DNA of 64,000 nt from Vicugna vicugna (taxonomy: Eukaryota), in assembly GCA_013265495.1 (NCBI GenBank), contig MU058584.1, positions 7,282,407 through 7,346,406 of the forward strand, in the 5' to 3' direction. The translations under genes were made by a program, and so were the position numbers. Positions 27,031 to 40,557 of the stretch are shown here, in pieces (position 1 is the first letter of the stretch; each line of letters begins with the position of its first letter). The notes below the pieces were generated by a model, which saw nothing but the letters and a program-made list of their open reading frames with translations, did not search any database and was not told where the DNA came from.

Positions 27031-27609
27031 GCTTTATTTTTAAACATACCCAGAATCTGACCACCTTCACGGCTACCACGCTGATTCATCAGGCTCTGTG
27101 ATGTTTTGCCTCTTCTTCGCTGACGTCTTCTGTTTTCCCTACTTCTCTCTTTGACCCCTACAGTTTATTTGTAATAGCTGAAGAGATCGTATAAAATGTG
27201 AGTCAGATCAGTAGTTCCTTATTTCACACAGAGAAAGGCTGGAGTCCTTACAAGGACACAGGTGATCTGGCCCCTATTTCTCCCTCTGACCTAATCTCTG
27301 CTTTCTTCCCTTTGCTCATTCCTTTCCAGCATGCCAGGCACACATCTGCCCAGGATCTGCACAGCTGATTCACTCCACCCCTTCAAGTCATTTTGCTCAC
27401 TGAGGCCTACCCTGACTGACTATTTTAAAATGAAACCCCAATGGGACTTAAAATACAATGGTCTAGGATTTTCAAGCTCTTGATAAAGTTCTTTAAAATT
27501 CTTTGCTTCAATGATAAATAATAACTATTTTTTAATGTTGAAATACAGAATTGGAATATATTTAAAATACCACAAACATACATAGTCTTAAGTGGGATGG
27601 TGAAGATGT

Positions 27610-27843
27610 TTTTCAGACATTGACTATCTCTAAGAAATACATTTTACATTGTAACTCAGTGTCTGTTTATAAAACTGAAACAAAAGGTTTATGAAATACT
27701 TAACATTTCTACATGTGGTATACTCAGATACTTTCTATTGAATTCAGTTCCTTTCTATTAGAAAAAAGATTTGTTGGTCACAATCTACAAAATTGATTTC
27801 ATGGTCCACTCATTAGTCACATTCATAGTTAAAAAATGCTGGC
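27610..27843. mobile_element. hAT-Charlie MITE (MER119-like)
   Basis: Recalled motifs taagaaatacattttacattg...aaaactgaaacaaaagg...aaattgatttcatg. Confidence 0.4.
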
Positions 27844-29769
27844 CTATTTCTCAAATCTCATTAACTTAGGAGATAAGATATGAATCTTGTGCAGTAACTT
27901 CATGAAAATATAAACTAGAGAGTGACAGCTTGAAACTTCATTTATTTTTGAGTCACTGGCCTGTGATTACTAGTGAATATTTACAATATTCACATTTAGA
28001 GTAACAAAAGTAATAGACTTAGTTGTATAAATATTAAATAATTTAATGTGCTTCTATTTTGTTAATATTGTGTGCTAATGTTAGAACTCTTGTGTTAGAA
28101 ATGCTACTTTCTGTCCAGTGAACTGAAATTTCTTTCTATCCTTTCCTTCCTCACTTCCAAATTTCAGTATTTTCATTTTCCATTGATTGGTGTTTATTTT
28201 TCTACCTATATTGATATTAAATACTAACAATGAAGAAAAATATTCAATAATGAAAAAAATAATTTATGCTCCATTATTTTAAAGTATCAAACAATAATAA
28301 ATGCATAACCCTACATAGCCTATCACACATTAAATTTTTTAGCATATTATTTCTGAGGACAGAAAACATTTAATAGGTATTATCTCTGTAACATTCTCTA
28401 ATATAGTATATTCTCTGAATTTGGAATTTCCTAATATGATCTTTTTTAAAAGTAAGAAACCCATATTCCAGCCTTCTTTAATCACTGTCCTCTTACATGC
28501 AATTCTCCAGCCATATTAAATTATTCAGCCCATCACTTACTTTCTTTGTTCCTTCCTTCCTTCTTTGCTTTGCTTCCTTCCTTCCTGCCTGTCTTAGTCC
28601 TTTTTTTCTTTCCTCTAATATTTTTGAGTACTTCCTATGTTCCATGCATGGTAGTAGGGAGAAAATAAAAGATACAGTCCTTGCCTTCGTTGGATTTAAA
28701 CTGGACATGAATATCCCCAGTTGTGGAAGTGAAAACAGGAAGCCTTAAGATTGCTTAGAAAGCCAGAGGTGGGATTAGATTTTGTGTACCTTGATTTACT
28801 TCTAACATCGGAGACTGTTAAAATATTGGAAGTGGCAGGGTGTTGGAAGATACGTTTTTAAGTCCTCACATTTTAAAGATGAAGAAAACTGAGTCTCTTA
28901 TAGATTAAACGATGTGTTGAAATCACGGGTGAAACGTAAGCTGGTTTTTTGACTAGTGCTCTTTTATACCACCTTCTCTCCCTTTATTGTGATCTTGGCT
29001 GCCCGGACCCCATGTTGTCATATACTTACATGTGATTTGTGCTGTTAAAGACCTCTTTTCACAATGCACACACTGAACTATAGACTTTTACGAGTATTGG
29101 TTTTGTTCCTTGAAATTATAATTGGAACAATTAGAGATGCGTCAGTGGAAAGGCAATGAAAGAGGGCCATTAAGTGCTAATAAATGCCTCTCCTCATGGG
29201 AATGGAGATCTTTTCTTTTCTAAGTATTTGAGCGCTTTTCACTGGTGCTTTTAAGTGGCTAGAAATAACACTTGCCACACGCTTGTGGAATACTCTAGAT
29301 GCCAGGGGGTTCATTTCATTCTGTATTTGAAATGAGCACACTGTGGTTGGAATGTGTGTTGATTCGTTTGTTGGTTTAAGCTTTCATTCCCTGTTTTTCA
29401 TTAACCTTTCTCATGGGAGGCATAAGAACAATACTGAGAACTCTTAGAGAAGAAAGTCTTTAGGTAGCTGATGACTTTTCCAAGAAGCAGATAAAACAGG
29501 GTAAAGGTTAAAGTTTAAAGTTATTTTGTGTTTATTTTCGTGTATTTTCCTTTTCACATCACCCTAAACTACCTAGGTACGCTGTTACAAGCTGAATCTA
29601 GTTTACCCTAAAGTCACATGCCTATGGCTAGCAAAAGATCATCAAAGATACTTGTTGTTATGGAGATGATATTTGGAACATCTGAAACAAATTCAGGTAA
29701 TTAATTACAAAATAAATTTCAGGATAACTTACTATTTTTTTTCTAAAAATAATGCTAATAATGATGATG

Positions 29770-30270
29770 GTGATAATGATAGCAGCTAACATTTTTCGAC
29801 CACTTAGTATGTGCTAGGTGTTACTGTAAGAACTTCAGTCTTTGTATGATTTCAAAATGCAGAATCCTCTGAAAAACAAGTATTTTTGTAACTGATTTGG
29901 CAAAACCTAAGCACATTTACTAGCAAACTTTAGCTGAGTGTTGTGAAGCTATTCAGTTTGTCTTTATAACTCTGCTTGTGTGAATATGCATTTGTTTTAC
30001 TATGGGAATATTTGTCTGTTTGATTCCAGGATGCTCCTTCAGATTTCAGTACACAGTATAAGTTTCGTGCATCATTTTACCTTTCTCAAGTCAGAAAAAA
30101 ATTGAGTTGCATATTACATTTGGCCACCAGCAGATGAGGAGTTGTGTTATCTCCTCCCACCCCCCCCGCAACTTACAGATGAGTAACCTGAGCCAGTGAA
30201 CAGATTCTGAATTTAAACCCAGGCATTTTAGTGCTAGAATCTGTGCTCTTAACCACGATGCTATGCTGCT
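29770..30270. mobile_element. MIR split by an old DNA-transposon-like insert (~29836-30147)
   Basis: MIR halves gcagctaacattt...tatgtgctagg and ttacagatgagtaacctgag...atttaaacccagg...gctcttaaccac flank unrelated sequence. Confidence 0.45.
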
Positions 30271-32714
30271 TTAGAAAAAGGAATATTTGAAAGCATTTCA
30301 CAGAAATAATTATGTTATCTGTCGAATAAAACTCCAGTAAAGATAAATTCAGATTTGATAGGATTACTCCATTAATAGCTCTCTGTTCTGTTTCCTGTGT
30401 TAAATGCTATCTTAAACACTCATGGCTGTTGATTTTTTTTTTTTTTTAGTAGATTCTGCCAGCCTTGATTGTTTCATCGTCAACCTGACAATCTGTTCTC
30501 CTTTGGACTTCTTAAATTTTCAAAAGCTTGTGTGCTTGTTTTAAAGCACACTGTTGGGTCTTAACAAGAAAGAGTAAACTTTGCTGCTGAGACAATGAAC
30601 TTTTGAGGTGCTATATACTCTAAATAAAGAAGGAAGCCACCACACAGTTTAGTAAAGCAGATAATTTGGACAGTAAAGGAAAAAAAATTTGTCACTTTAG
30701 CCACGCCTCTTAGTTTACTGATTGTTGGTGAGCATGTAGTTTACATATTATTCTTGATATATATAAATGGGCAATATAGCCTAATGTATGTACTCAGAAG
30801 TATAGACAGAGAAAGTAATTCTTAATTTGCTCATTAATATGCCTTCTTTATTCAGCAGCATTTATTGAGTAGTAAGCAGGAATTTATTGAACTCTTATGT
30901 GCTTCTAACAGCTACTTTTGGTACATTTTTGGACTTGGAGCTATTAACAATATTTTCCTAACTTTCAATGGAATGTAGTTTCAAAGGTAACCTAAGATAA
31001 GAAATAGCTAAATATTTGTGTTTTAAATACATATATGTATATATATCATCTATTAGATATTGAGTGCTTTTCCTTCTTAGTTTCTTAATCTTTAAAATTT
31101 TCATAGTCAATGTTACAGGAGCACAGAAAAAAGTCAATTAAATAGAGAAGAAAAACCATTTTTCAGGTAAGAAAATGAAACAATAGACCCACATACATGG
31201 TGCCTATATCTTTAATTATGATTGCATATTTATTTTTTTAAATCACCCCTTAAAATATGTTTCCAATAAATTCAGTTTTAATTCCTAGAATGCTGACTTC
31301 ATTCGTTCACCAAGTCACCAGTGAGACTTTCTTTGTGCCAGGTCCTATGCCAAACACTGGCCTTACAGAAATGAGGTTCCTGTCCTAGGGAGCTTGCCTA
31401 GGGGAGGGGATGTGACTGGGGTTCATGGTATTTTGGAATTAAGAGTAGGAGCATCTGAATATACTGTCATTATCAGGAAGTGCTTCCCATAGAAAGCTGT
31501 GACAACATTCTATCTTTAAGAGTGGGATAGATAAAGAAAGGTGCTTCTGTAGAGGAGTCAACGCAAGAGTCTGAAATTAGTGTCAAGTCACTTGGGAACC
31601 AGATGTTCTGGGAATAAAAAGTTTGTGGAGGGGAATAATAGAAGAAGCTTCTAAAGTTCTAGGGAGGAACTGGATTCAAGGATACACTTAAAGCCTTCCT
31701 GGATAATTGGAAAATCTGGTTCCCATTGACAAAAATACCCCCCAAAACAAAAAACCCCCTGTATAGTGCAGCTGTGGCTCTCTGTTCTGTTTTAGTGGAG
31801 AAACTGACCTGTACTTTTTGACTTTCAATTAAATACCACTTTTTCCCCCCAAAGTCTCAGAAAAAGTGAAAGCAGAAGAGTAGAGTATTGGCTAGGGAAG
31901 CTCCTGCTTATTTATACTCTCCTTTATCCCCTGGTGAAGGAACTGGTAATGCACATTCAGGACCAAGGACAGTAATTGGGCCACCTTTCTCCAAGTCATG
32001 CCTCGGTAGGGGAGGGGTTGAAGTGGGCTGCCTAGACCAGCCGTGCCCGAGTCACTGGGTAAGTGTTCTCTTGCCCTTGTTTCTCTCTGGGTGTGATCTT
32101 GCACACATGGGCCTTTCCTAGCCATTGTGGTGTCAAAGTACAGAGGTCTGAGGTTCATGTATGGACTTCATGGAAAAGGGGAATGGGATGCCTTCCAGCT
32201 TCTTCGATTGCCAGCCTTTAGACTTCTCTCTCAACTAGGCCAATTGAAGGTTACATACGGTCCAGCCTATGTTTCCAGGGATGTGAAGACAACATATTGG
32301 GGTTTGAGGCAAAGGCCATCTGACCTTGTCCTTTCCAAGTGCATCTCTTCTAGAAACTCTGCAGGAAGGGGTGACCGACAGGACTGAATGTTTAGCATCC
32401 TGGTTTCTCTTATTCTTCTTTGATCTGTAGCACATATTATCAGTGGGGTAAGATTTCCTGGGAGGGGACAAAAATTGATTTTTTGGGGGAAAATATCTTA
32501 CTCTTTATAAAGCACAGGCATACATGTAGTACATATACTGATATACAGCATACCTGTGGTATTAAATTTAATGGGGGAAATTTAATGGGAAAAAAAGTCT
32601 AATAAGGCTTCTTAGGTACACAGTAGTAAAAAAAAATGTTGAGAAACACTGTTCTAAAGCATGATATCTCTTTTTCTTTCTCATTTTCTTTGTTAGGCAG
32701 CACAAAGCTATTTC

Positions 32715-33118
32715 AGTGACTCACATGCTATCTCTTTTCTGGACTCTTTGTGTTTTTTTGCTCTGCCATTCTCAGCCCATAGCTTTCATCTTCAAGGTTG
32801 CCTTGTGGTTTGAGATGGTTGCTGCAGCTCTGCCATCATGTATAACTGATGGGGAGAAGAAAGAGGAGGGAAGGGCGAAAGGTACACATTAGCTAAATTA
32901 GACTCTTTTAAAGGCACTATCTGTGATGTCACTCAACTACCTCTAGATCTAAATTACTGACTAGAATTTAGTTATGTGGACACCTCATTTGGAAGGGAGG
33001 TGGGAAGTGTAGTTTATTTATTTGCCTGTTTAAGGGCACATTGCCATTTTCTACAAAATTGGGATTCTATTTATAAGAAATAACAGGCAAATGGATATTG
33101 GACAAGCAACTAACAGTC
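32715..33118 (-). mobile_element. MaLR LTR (MLT1J/K-like)
   Basis: agatggttgctgcagctc...gaagggagg.tgggaagtgtagttt...gggcacattgcc...aaaattgggattctatt...aatggatattgg. Confidence 0.65.
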
Positions 33119-34439
33119 CCTTTAGTTGTCCCTTTGTCATCCATTTGCATGGCAGCTATGCAGGGTACAGTATAATCTGTGATTTGAAATCGAATAGCAG
33201 CTAAGTGCCTCTGCTTGATGCTGGGACTCGTAAATCTGGTGGATTAAATTCTTGAACAAGCTGACTTTGGGAATAAGTAGATAAAAATGGATTAAATAAA
33301 AATTTAAAAAATCAAATAAAAATATGAAAAGATTAATTCCTAAGAGTGTTTCCTGGTGGGGAGAACACACGGTATTTGTAAGCTGAGAACTGGTTTCTTC
33401 ATTCAATTTACAGATGTCCGACTCAAACTTTTGCATTTTGAATGTAGCAGTGGGGCCCATTAATTATTGGTTAATTACATTTAATGAAAATATATTGCTT
33501 AGAAATCTTGAGTTTTGTGAATGAAAGGTAAATATTGAAGTTTTTTAGATATTAGTTAAAAAAAGCATTGTGTTTCTTGCATTTGGATTTGCAACTCTGT
33601 TTTTCAAACAAAATGATGGTGGCATTTATTGAATGCCTTAAATTATAGAGTAACCGATAGCAGCAAAATGATCTTTTACAAATCTGTAAGTGGTAATATT
33701 CTTACCATGTGCCAAGAATTTAGGAGGAAAAAGGAAACTGCAGTGGAAAATTTCCAATTAAATGTGTGGATTTTGGCATAATTACTTCCTTCAGCAATTA
33801 AAGTTGCATTGTAATGGCTGGCAAAGCTCCGAGATTTGGGCACGCAAACACAAAGCCATTTTAACAGTGCCATTGTGTTCAGCGTGTGGAATACATGACC
33901 TCAGTGCTTCTTGGGGCAGGAGGTAGGCAGTATTTGGCAATAACCTGTCTGTGTGTTTCTCCCTATCCCTCTTTTCTTTTTTTCTCTGTCTCTTTTAAAA
34001 ATTAGGTTATCATTTTGAAGGACTGTGAGATAATAATCCTACAGGGATTCTTTTGGAGCACAAAAAATTACAATTTGAGGATCATTTTTGGAAGAGACTT
34101 CTCTGTTTTTAAGGAAGGAGTTTTAAAAGTATACTGGCTCTTGGATTTTTAAAAACATTGTTTCCTTCAAGTTCTATTCTGTGTCTTTAAACATTCAGCA
34201 ATATGGGTCCCCTTGATATTCTGTATTTTGTACTTTGAATCCTATTAGATTTTAAGCATTCAAAATAAAAATGTCAATTTAAATGACTTCAACTTTCAGT
34301 TGCTATCTTGCCTGTTCTTTCTGTCCATGTAAAACGCTACTTAGTTGTCTGCCTGTTGGAGAATCAGATATGGGAATGTTTTCCTTCCGTGTTTTGAATA
34401 TGTGAGGAAATGAGAAGACATCCTTAAAGAGTAGGTAGA

Positions 34440-36220
34440 AAGTGTTAAAATATTTAATTCTTGAGCCCTGAAGAAGACACTAGGGGGAACACAGGGGTGA
34501 AGGAGCAGGTGTGTAAATAGACCAGTGTGTCTAGTGCATGCTCAGAGCTTAAATAGAGGCAAGTTCGGGGGGATTTCAAAGAAGGCTTGAGAATTAAATA
34601 GGAGTTGGCTAGAGGGAGAAGTGTGGGGAGAGCATCCCATAAGGGGAGCATGGAATCTGTCAAGGAATGTCCCTGAGAGTGAGATGAACACAGAAACTTC
34701 CCCTAAGGGCAAGACTTTTTTCTGCTTTATTTACAGTTTGCATTTCATGCTAAAGATAATGGGGAGATTTTTAATGATTCAGAGTCTGGAAATGATGTGA
34801 TGGGACTTACGATACTGTTGAGGTTGGACTGGAGAGTGCTCAAACTGGATGCAGGGAAATTATTTGGGAGATTATTGTGGTAGTCTGTGTGAGAGTTGGG
34901 TGGCACCTGGAGTTGTAATTCAAATAGAGAAGAGAGGATGCATTTAAGGGATATGAAAGTAGAATCAGCAGGACTTGGTGACCAATGTGGAACATGAAGA
35001 CAGAGGAAGATGGTGGATGGATGACTTCCAGATACTTGGCTTGGCTGACAGATACGAATGGCTGATGATGTGGATTGTGATTGAGAACAAAGGAGAAACA
35101 TGTCAAATAGATGATAACAAGTTGAATTATAAAGACGGGGTTTGAGACATCTAAGTGAAGATGTCTAAGAGGCTGGTGACTTTGGGGATACCTCTGACTT
35201 CTGGTATTTGACTTATTTCTCTGAGGACTCCGTCTCAGTCTCTTAGGTCTACTTCCTTCAGGTGCTCTTCAAGTGTTTGTAATTTCCAGAGTCCGTATTC
35301 ATCACTCTTCTCCACTCCGTTCCTGCTCACTTGTTCTCTTGGCTTCAGCAGCCTGCTCTGTTGAGGGCTCACAAATTATTATCTCTACACTTATCCTGAG
35401 TTCTAGTTACTCACTCTAACTATGTACTTGTTGTCTTAATCTGAATATTCTCCAGGTATCTAAAGATCAACATAGCCTCATCTTCTCCTATTTCTTTTAC
35501 AGTGTAGGGTAGTCAAATGCTCAAGAGTACAGATGAGAGTTAGACTTTCTAGGTTTCAGTCCTCGATCTGTCACTTACTAGCTTTGTGACTGTGAGAAAG
35601 TTACGTAGCCTGTCTGTGCCTCAGCGTCTTCATCTGTGAAGTGAGAGTAACAGTAGTACCTGCCTCATAGGGTTGTTATGAAGATCAAATAAGAACGGTG
35701 CCTGGCGCATGGGAGACACAATATAAACATCAACTATAACCAGATCTTTCTGTATTGCCTATTCTGGTTAATGGCACTGCTGTTCAATCAGCTCCCCAAA
35801 CCAGAAATGTGAGATTTATCTTAACTCCACCCTATCATTTCATTCCACATCAAAGCGACATGAAGTCCTGTCAGTTGTCCATTCTCTCTGTTGTCTTCTC
35901 TCCATCTCCACCATCACTGCGATGGATAAAGTCTCCTCCTGCCTCCTTCTCTAGACACTTCTCCACCTCATCCTGACCTTTCTTTACCATTTACAGTTCC
36001 TTACTGTTCTGTGTTACGTAGATCTTCTATGTCCTTGCACATCCTGATCCCCTGTGGAATGCCTCCTGTCTCTCTGGAATAGTTTTCTGGCTGGTTCCCC
36101 AAGCGGAATAGATTATTCTCTGCTCCATGTCAATACTTCACCTTGTGTGGAGCTTAACTATAGTACCTGTCATGCTTATTGTAATCATTTGCATATTGTT
36201 CCCCCCTAAGACTATTTGGT
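34440..36220. mobile_element. LINE-2 relics (minus ~34440-35170, plus ~35190-36220) with a nested MIR (~35510-35720)
   Basis: L2 motifs gtagaatcagcaggacttggtgacc and ttaatggcactgc..tca.gctccccaaaccagaaa; MIR core cacttactagctttgtgac...tctgtgcctcag..tcatctgtgaa. Confidence 0.6.
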
Positions 36221-39200
36221 TTGAATGAATCAGCTACTTGAATTAACTCATTGGAGGATATGAGTTACACCTCTTGGCTTCAGTCAAGGGCAGATGTTAA
36301 ACATTTATTTATTGAGCAGATCATCTGGTTTGTCATCATTTACATCTTTATTGAACAAAAACATCTCCGTAATTACTTTATTTGCTGCTAAGAGGGGAAA
36401 GTTCCTTTTAGCTTTGTTAATAAAGTGCTCACTCCATTCAGGCTTCCAAAAGTTAATCCTTTCCTGGTACAGCAATAATATTTCTTGATAATTAAGTTTC
36501 TGGAAGAGCCAATAAAAAATATTATCAAGATGGTCCTTAGACTATAGCATGGGAACTGTTCTCTACTTTTTGTGTAGGAATCAGGAAGCCATGAAAGAGC
36601 ATTGACCTACTGTCTGAAGACCAGCTGTTAAGACCATGTAGGCAAATGCTTTATTGAGGTGGGTTGAGAGAGAAGAAGGCATTAGAGTTGTAGCTGCTAT
36701 GTGGCATTGAGAGGGAAGAAATACTCCTGCCTTAAAATTTGTACAGTCCAATCATAAATGAGGCATTCAGGGAAAAGAAAGGAGTTAATTTAACACTGCT
36801 TAGTCTCCAGATTTCTCTTCCCACTCTACCCTGAAGGTCCATTTTGGGAGGAAAATGTCACACAAATTTAAATCCACAGTAGCAATAAAGGCACAATCAT
36901 TATTTTTTCTGCATTAATTTAGCAGAAAGTAATTTTTCCATAAGATGTACTTACAGGAGAACCAACCACCTATTGCACAGAAAATGGTAAATTTCAAATG
37001 GATGGTGGCACTCAATGGCTAATGAGTTATTCATGCTTGTTTGTGTCAGTGCCTTGGCTCCCTGGTAGAGGCAGGAGTAAGGAACTGAGCTTTCCAAACC
37101 AGCGCAGCTGGGCAACACCAAGGGTGTTCAGGTGGAGTCTGAGGCTCCTCACCTCCAAATTCATTCATGAAATGTTCAAAATTATCTGTAGGGACTTTTT
37201 TTTTTTGAAGATGAGAGAATGCTAAACTATCAGGGAAAACACTCTGTGGCTGTATTGTAAAAATAATAATTACTACTTTTTTCTATAATTCTTTGGTTTC
37301 TTAAAAGTTGCCATATGTTGCATTTCATTTGATTCAGAAGATTATTTCATTAGTAGCAAAAGAAACAGGTTTAGAGAATTTTGCCTATTCAGTGGCAGAA
37401 CGGGGGCTCAAAGCTAGGTTCTCTGTGTGTCATTTGAGGGCTTGCCTCCTTAGGACTCAGAGCAGGGATGTGCTGGGCATGTGGTTTTCATGCTCCTGGA
37501 CCATCAGAATGATGTGAACCTTCAGGGTAAATCTTCAGATTAGTCACCCACTCCTCAGTAGAGAGGAGTTTCTCTCTCATGCTTTGTGGTGCTCAGATAC
37601 TCCTGTGAAATCTGAAGAGACTTCCAAATAGCAGGATTTGGTTACCAAATCCTTTGACCTTTGGTGAGAATGTATGTTTTGGAGGTATGCCTGGTGAGAG
37701 CCATGAAGGGGGCCAGTAAGTGTAAGTTAGTAAGGAGACTGGATACCTGAAGCTGTTTATTACTCTTAATGCAAAGTTCTGTTTGCTTAATAATAAAAAA
37801 AAAAGTAGGAAAATGTGTTAACTGTATCTATAGGCTCACTTTTTAGCCAAACATATGATAATTATTTGTTATTTAAAATGTTTGATACCTTCTATTTTGC
37901 TTTAATAATGGGATTGTTACTAAATCAACATTATAAATATATGGTCCTAAGCCTGAATTGAAACAGATCCCGACATGAAGGTACTAAGTACCTAAACCTT
38001 CTTCCTTCCTTCTTCCTTCCCTCCTCCTTTCCTTCTTTCTTTTCTACATCTTTTTTTTAAAATTTAAACAAAATATTTTATTGATTTGTTAAATGGCATT
38101 ATTCAGACGTTTAAGACCTGTATATTTCTACTTGGCATCTACATATTGTAAAACCTCATTCGTGGTCCTAGTAACTCAAACAGATGGCCTTCAGCTCTTT
38201 GCTCTGGAGTTTTGTTTTGTTTCCCTTTATCCATTTTGATTCTCAAATTCTTCTTTTTTAGTTCTAGGCACAGAGTAGATGCTCTCCTTGCTTTGATTAA
38301 ATTTTAAGTGATTACTGAAACCATCTAAGCTAGCAGATACTCTAATATAGTTCCTGGAGAGTATTAAAAGAGTATTTAATTATATGTATTTAGATATTTT
38401 CAAAAAGAGAGTTGGTCTCTCTCTTTTCTGAACGCCACTGTAGTTTATCTGCTCTTGTCTTAATGGTTTTCTATGTGTATATATGTTTTTATTTTCCCAT
38501 TAGATTTCATATTCCTGGTGTCAAATTAGTGTAGCCAAAGCCCACAGCATCTCCCTAGCACTTCTTAGTTTTTCAGTGAATTTTTTTGATGAATAAATAA
38601 TATTTCAGGTGACTTTTTTTTAGAGCAAAACCAGGTCTATAATTTCACTATTCTGTTTTAGTCATAAACAGTGACATTGCAAGTGAATCTTAGCCCATGG
38701 AGTCAAGGAGTAAAGTCAAAACTCAGCTTAGAGGCTGTCTGTTTTTACATTAACACTTGGAAAATAAATTAGTTATAAGTAGGGGAAATTTTGCTTTATT
38801 TTATCCATATAACTCTCTTTTCCACAGTATTAGTGGAGCTAGATAGAGCCTTGGGGGGTTTTGCAGCATTCTCACTGGCCTTTACCAATTGTTTAAGCTG
38901 CTGTTCACTGAAATCCCATCTGTGTTGAAGCTCTGTTCTGCCAATTTTTTCTACAAAACTCATACTACGCCCCATGCCGTGACTACTCACTAAATTGTTG
39001 AGTAACACATCCCAGCTTAAGGCTGGCCAGTGTTTCTTAAAGAACACGAGTTCCCTGGTGCTTTTTAAGAATATAGATGCCACACATCTTCCCCTGAACA
39101 TCCTCAATCTGTAGGTTCAGGATGTATCCTTGGCTTCTCATGGTCCTAGAATCGCTTCTTGGAAAACATTGCCATTGAGTCAGACATTTATTTTGAATGG

Positions 39201-40108
39201 AATTCTGGGACTTTTAAAATGATGATTCTTCTAAAAATTGTGAAGCATTCTAAATGTGTTTAAAAACTGTGTTACAGGTGTATTTATAAATTCTTTGACT
39301 TTGCAGAATCAGTACTGATTTATGTGGCATTGCAGATGTAATTATAAAATGCTTTCTTTGCTGCAAGTTTATTGATCTAGTGTATATTAACATGCCATTT
39401 TAAACACAATTTTTATTCATTAAAAAACCTCATTTCTAATAATAAAACTCCCATCTATTAGGAATGAAAACAAACCTCAAATTGCAATATTTTTTCTGCT
39501 GTTAATTTCTACATACACGATATTTACCTGCATTTAATCCCACATTTTATGTGTGACCTTTTATTGGAGAAAAATTTTCAGTATTTAAAATGAAGGTTAT
39601 CTGCCTTCTTAGCACAGTAGGCAGCACGTCAGTCTCATAAAGTGAAGGTACATAAACAAAATTTAAAAAAATAAAATGAAGGTACAATCTAAGATGCCTT
39701 TATTACCTCTAGTAATGGTCCATATTTGGTGCTAATATTGATCTTGAAGTTGGATAGTGCTGAATTTTTTGATTGTTGAAGAGTCTAAGGATTAATTTCA
39801 AATGTTTTTTTATAAATGTTGGTTCTCTGAAAATTAAAATGAACTGACAATACACAGTAATTTAATGCAGACTTCTATTAATTACAACTAAATGAATGGT
39901 TACATAGCCCAGTGAGGTCATTATGATAATACACGTGGCTTAATATTCAATATAAGGACCTTTACCCACCCTCCTTTTTAATTTTACAAATGCATCTTTT
40001 ATAAGAGGAGTCTAGCATTCTTTAGAATGTGGTGCATTGAAAGGTTGGAAATTAGGAGAATGACTGTGGAACTTATAAATTTATGGGTGGTCAGAATTCC
40101 TCACAATG

Positions 40109-40139
40109 CCTTAATCGATTCTTTCTTTCCTTTTTTTAG
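40109..40139 (+). promoter_or_regulatory. Branch point, polypyrimidine tract and 3' splice site of DNM3 exon 2
   Basis: ccTTAAT (candidate branch A at 40114, about 25 nt upstream of the AG) followed by ttctttctttcctttttttAG. Confidence 0.75.
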
Positions 40140-40213
40140 GGACTTTCTCCCTCGAGGGTCGGGCATTGTAACGAGAAGGCCTCTTGTGCTGCAGCTTGTT
40201 ACTTCCAAAGCAG
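40140..40213 (+). CDS. DNM3: Dynamin-3 coding exon 2 (74 bp; GTPase domain, about residues 54-79, including switch I Thr65)
   Basis: Translates as (AG)[26 protein letters not shown](AA), the dynamin [10 protein letters not shown] signature. LQLVTSKA matches DNM3 rather than DNM1 (LQLVNATT) or DNM2 (LQLIFSKT). Flanked by a polypyrimidine tract plus AG (40138-40139) and a CAG|gtaatg donor. Length and phase 2/phase 1 ends fit dynamin exon 2. Confidence 0.96.
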
Positions 40214-40536
40214 GTAATGACTGAGGATGTTTGCCATATGGCTGAGAGTGTCTTGGGGTACCTGTTGCCTCCATTCCTGGGTGCTGGGTTGTAGCAACAG
40301 AAGCATTTTTGTGATCACTCTGCTGTGGGTAGCTACCTATATTTCTCTCCAAAATGCTCCCTTCTTCATTGCTTTTTGAACTTTTAGTACATTAAAAGGA
40401 GAGTCTCATTCGCATATAGACTGTAAACATCTGCTATTTTTTATGCCTAGAAGATATTTTCCCATTGTAATGCATCTGTATAATTTTACAGTGTGACAGA
40501 ATAATAACCCTTTGGTATACTTCCTTCCTGCTTGTG

Positions 40537-40557
40537 CATGTGTGTGTGTGTGTGTGT
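40537..40557. repeat. (TG)n microsatellite
   Basis: About 9 TG units seen directly. Confidence 0.85.

Larger units (their letters stand above)
1..40139 (+). other. DNM3: DNM3 intron 1 (3' part; exon 1 lies upstream of the window)
   Basis: No exon 1 sequence (P-loop GQSAGKS) seen upstream of exon 2; the region is repeat-rich and non-coding. Confidence 0.85.

Noticed and set aside
31159..31172. CAG|GTAAGA as a recursive splice site
   Set aside because: Upstream sequence is purine-rich with only a very short pyrimidine tract, so the acceptor half is poor.
40027..40224. 65-aa ORF as a stand-alone protein
   Set aside because: Only 40140-40213 is exonic; the rest is intron read in frame through the splice sites.
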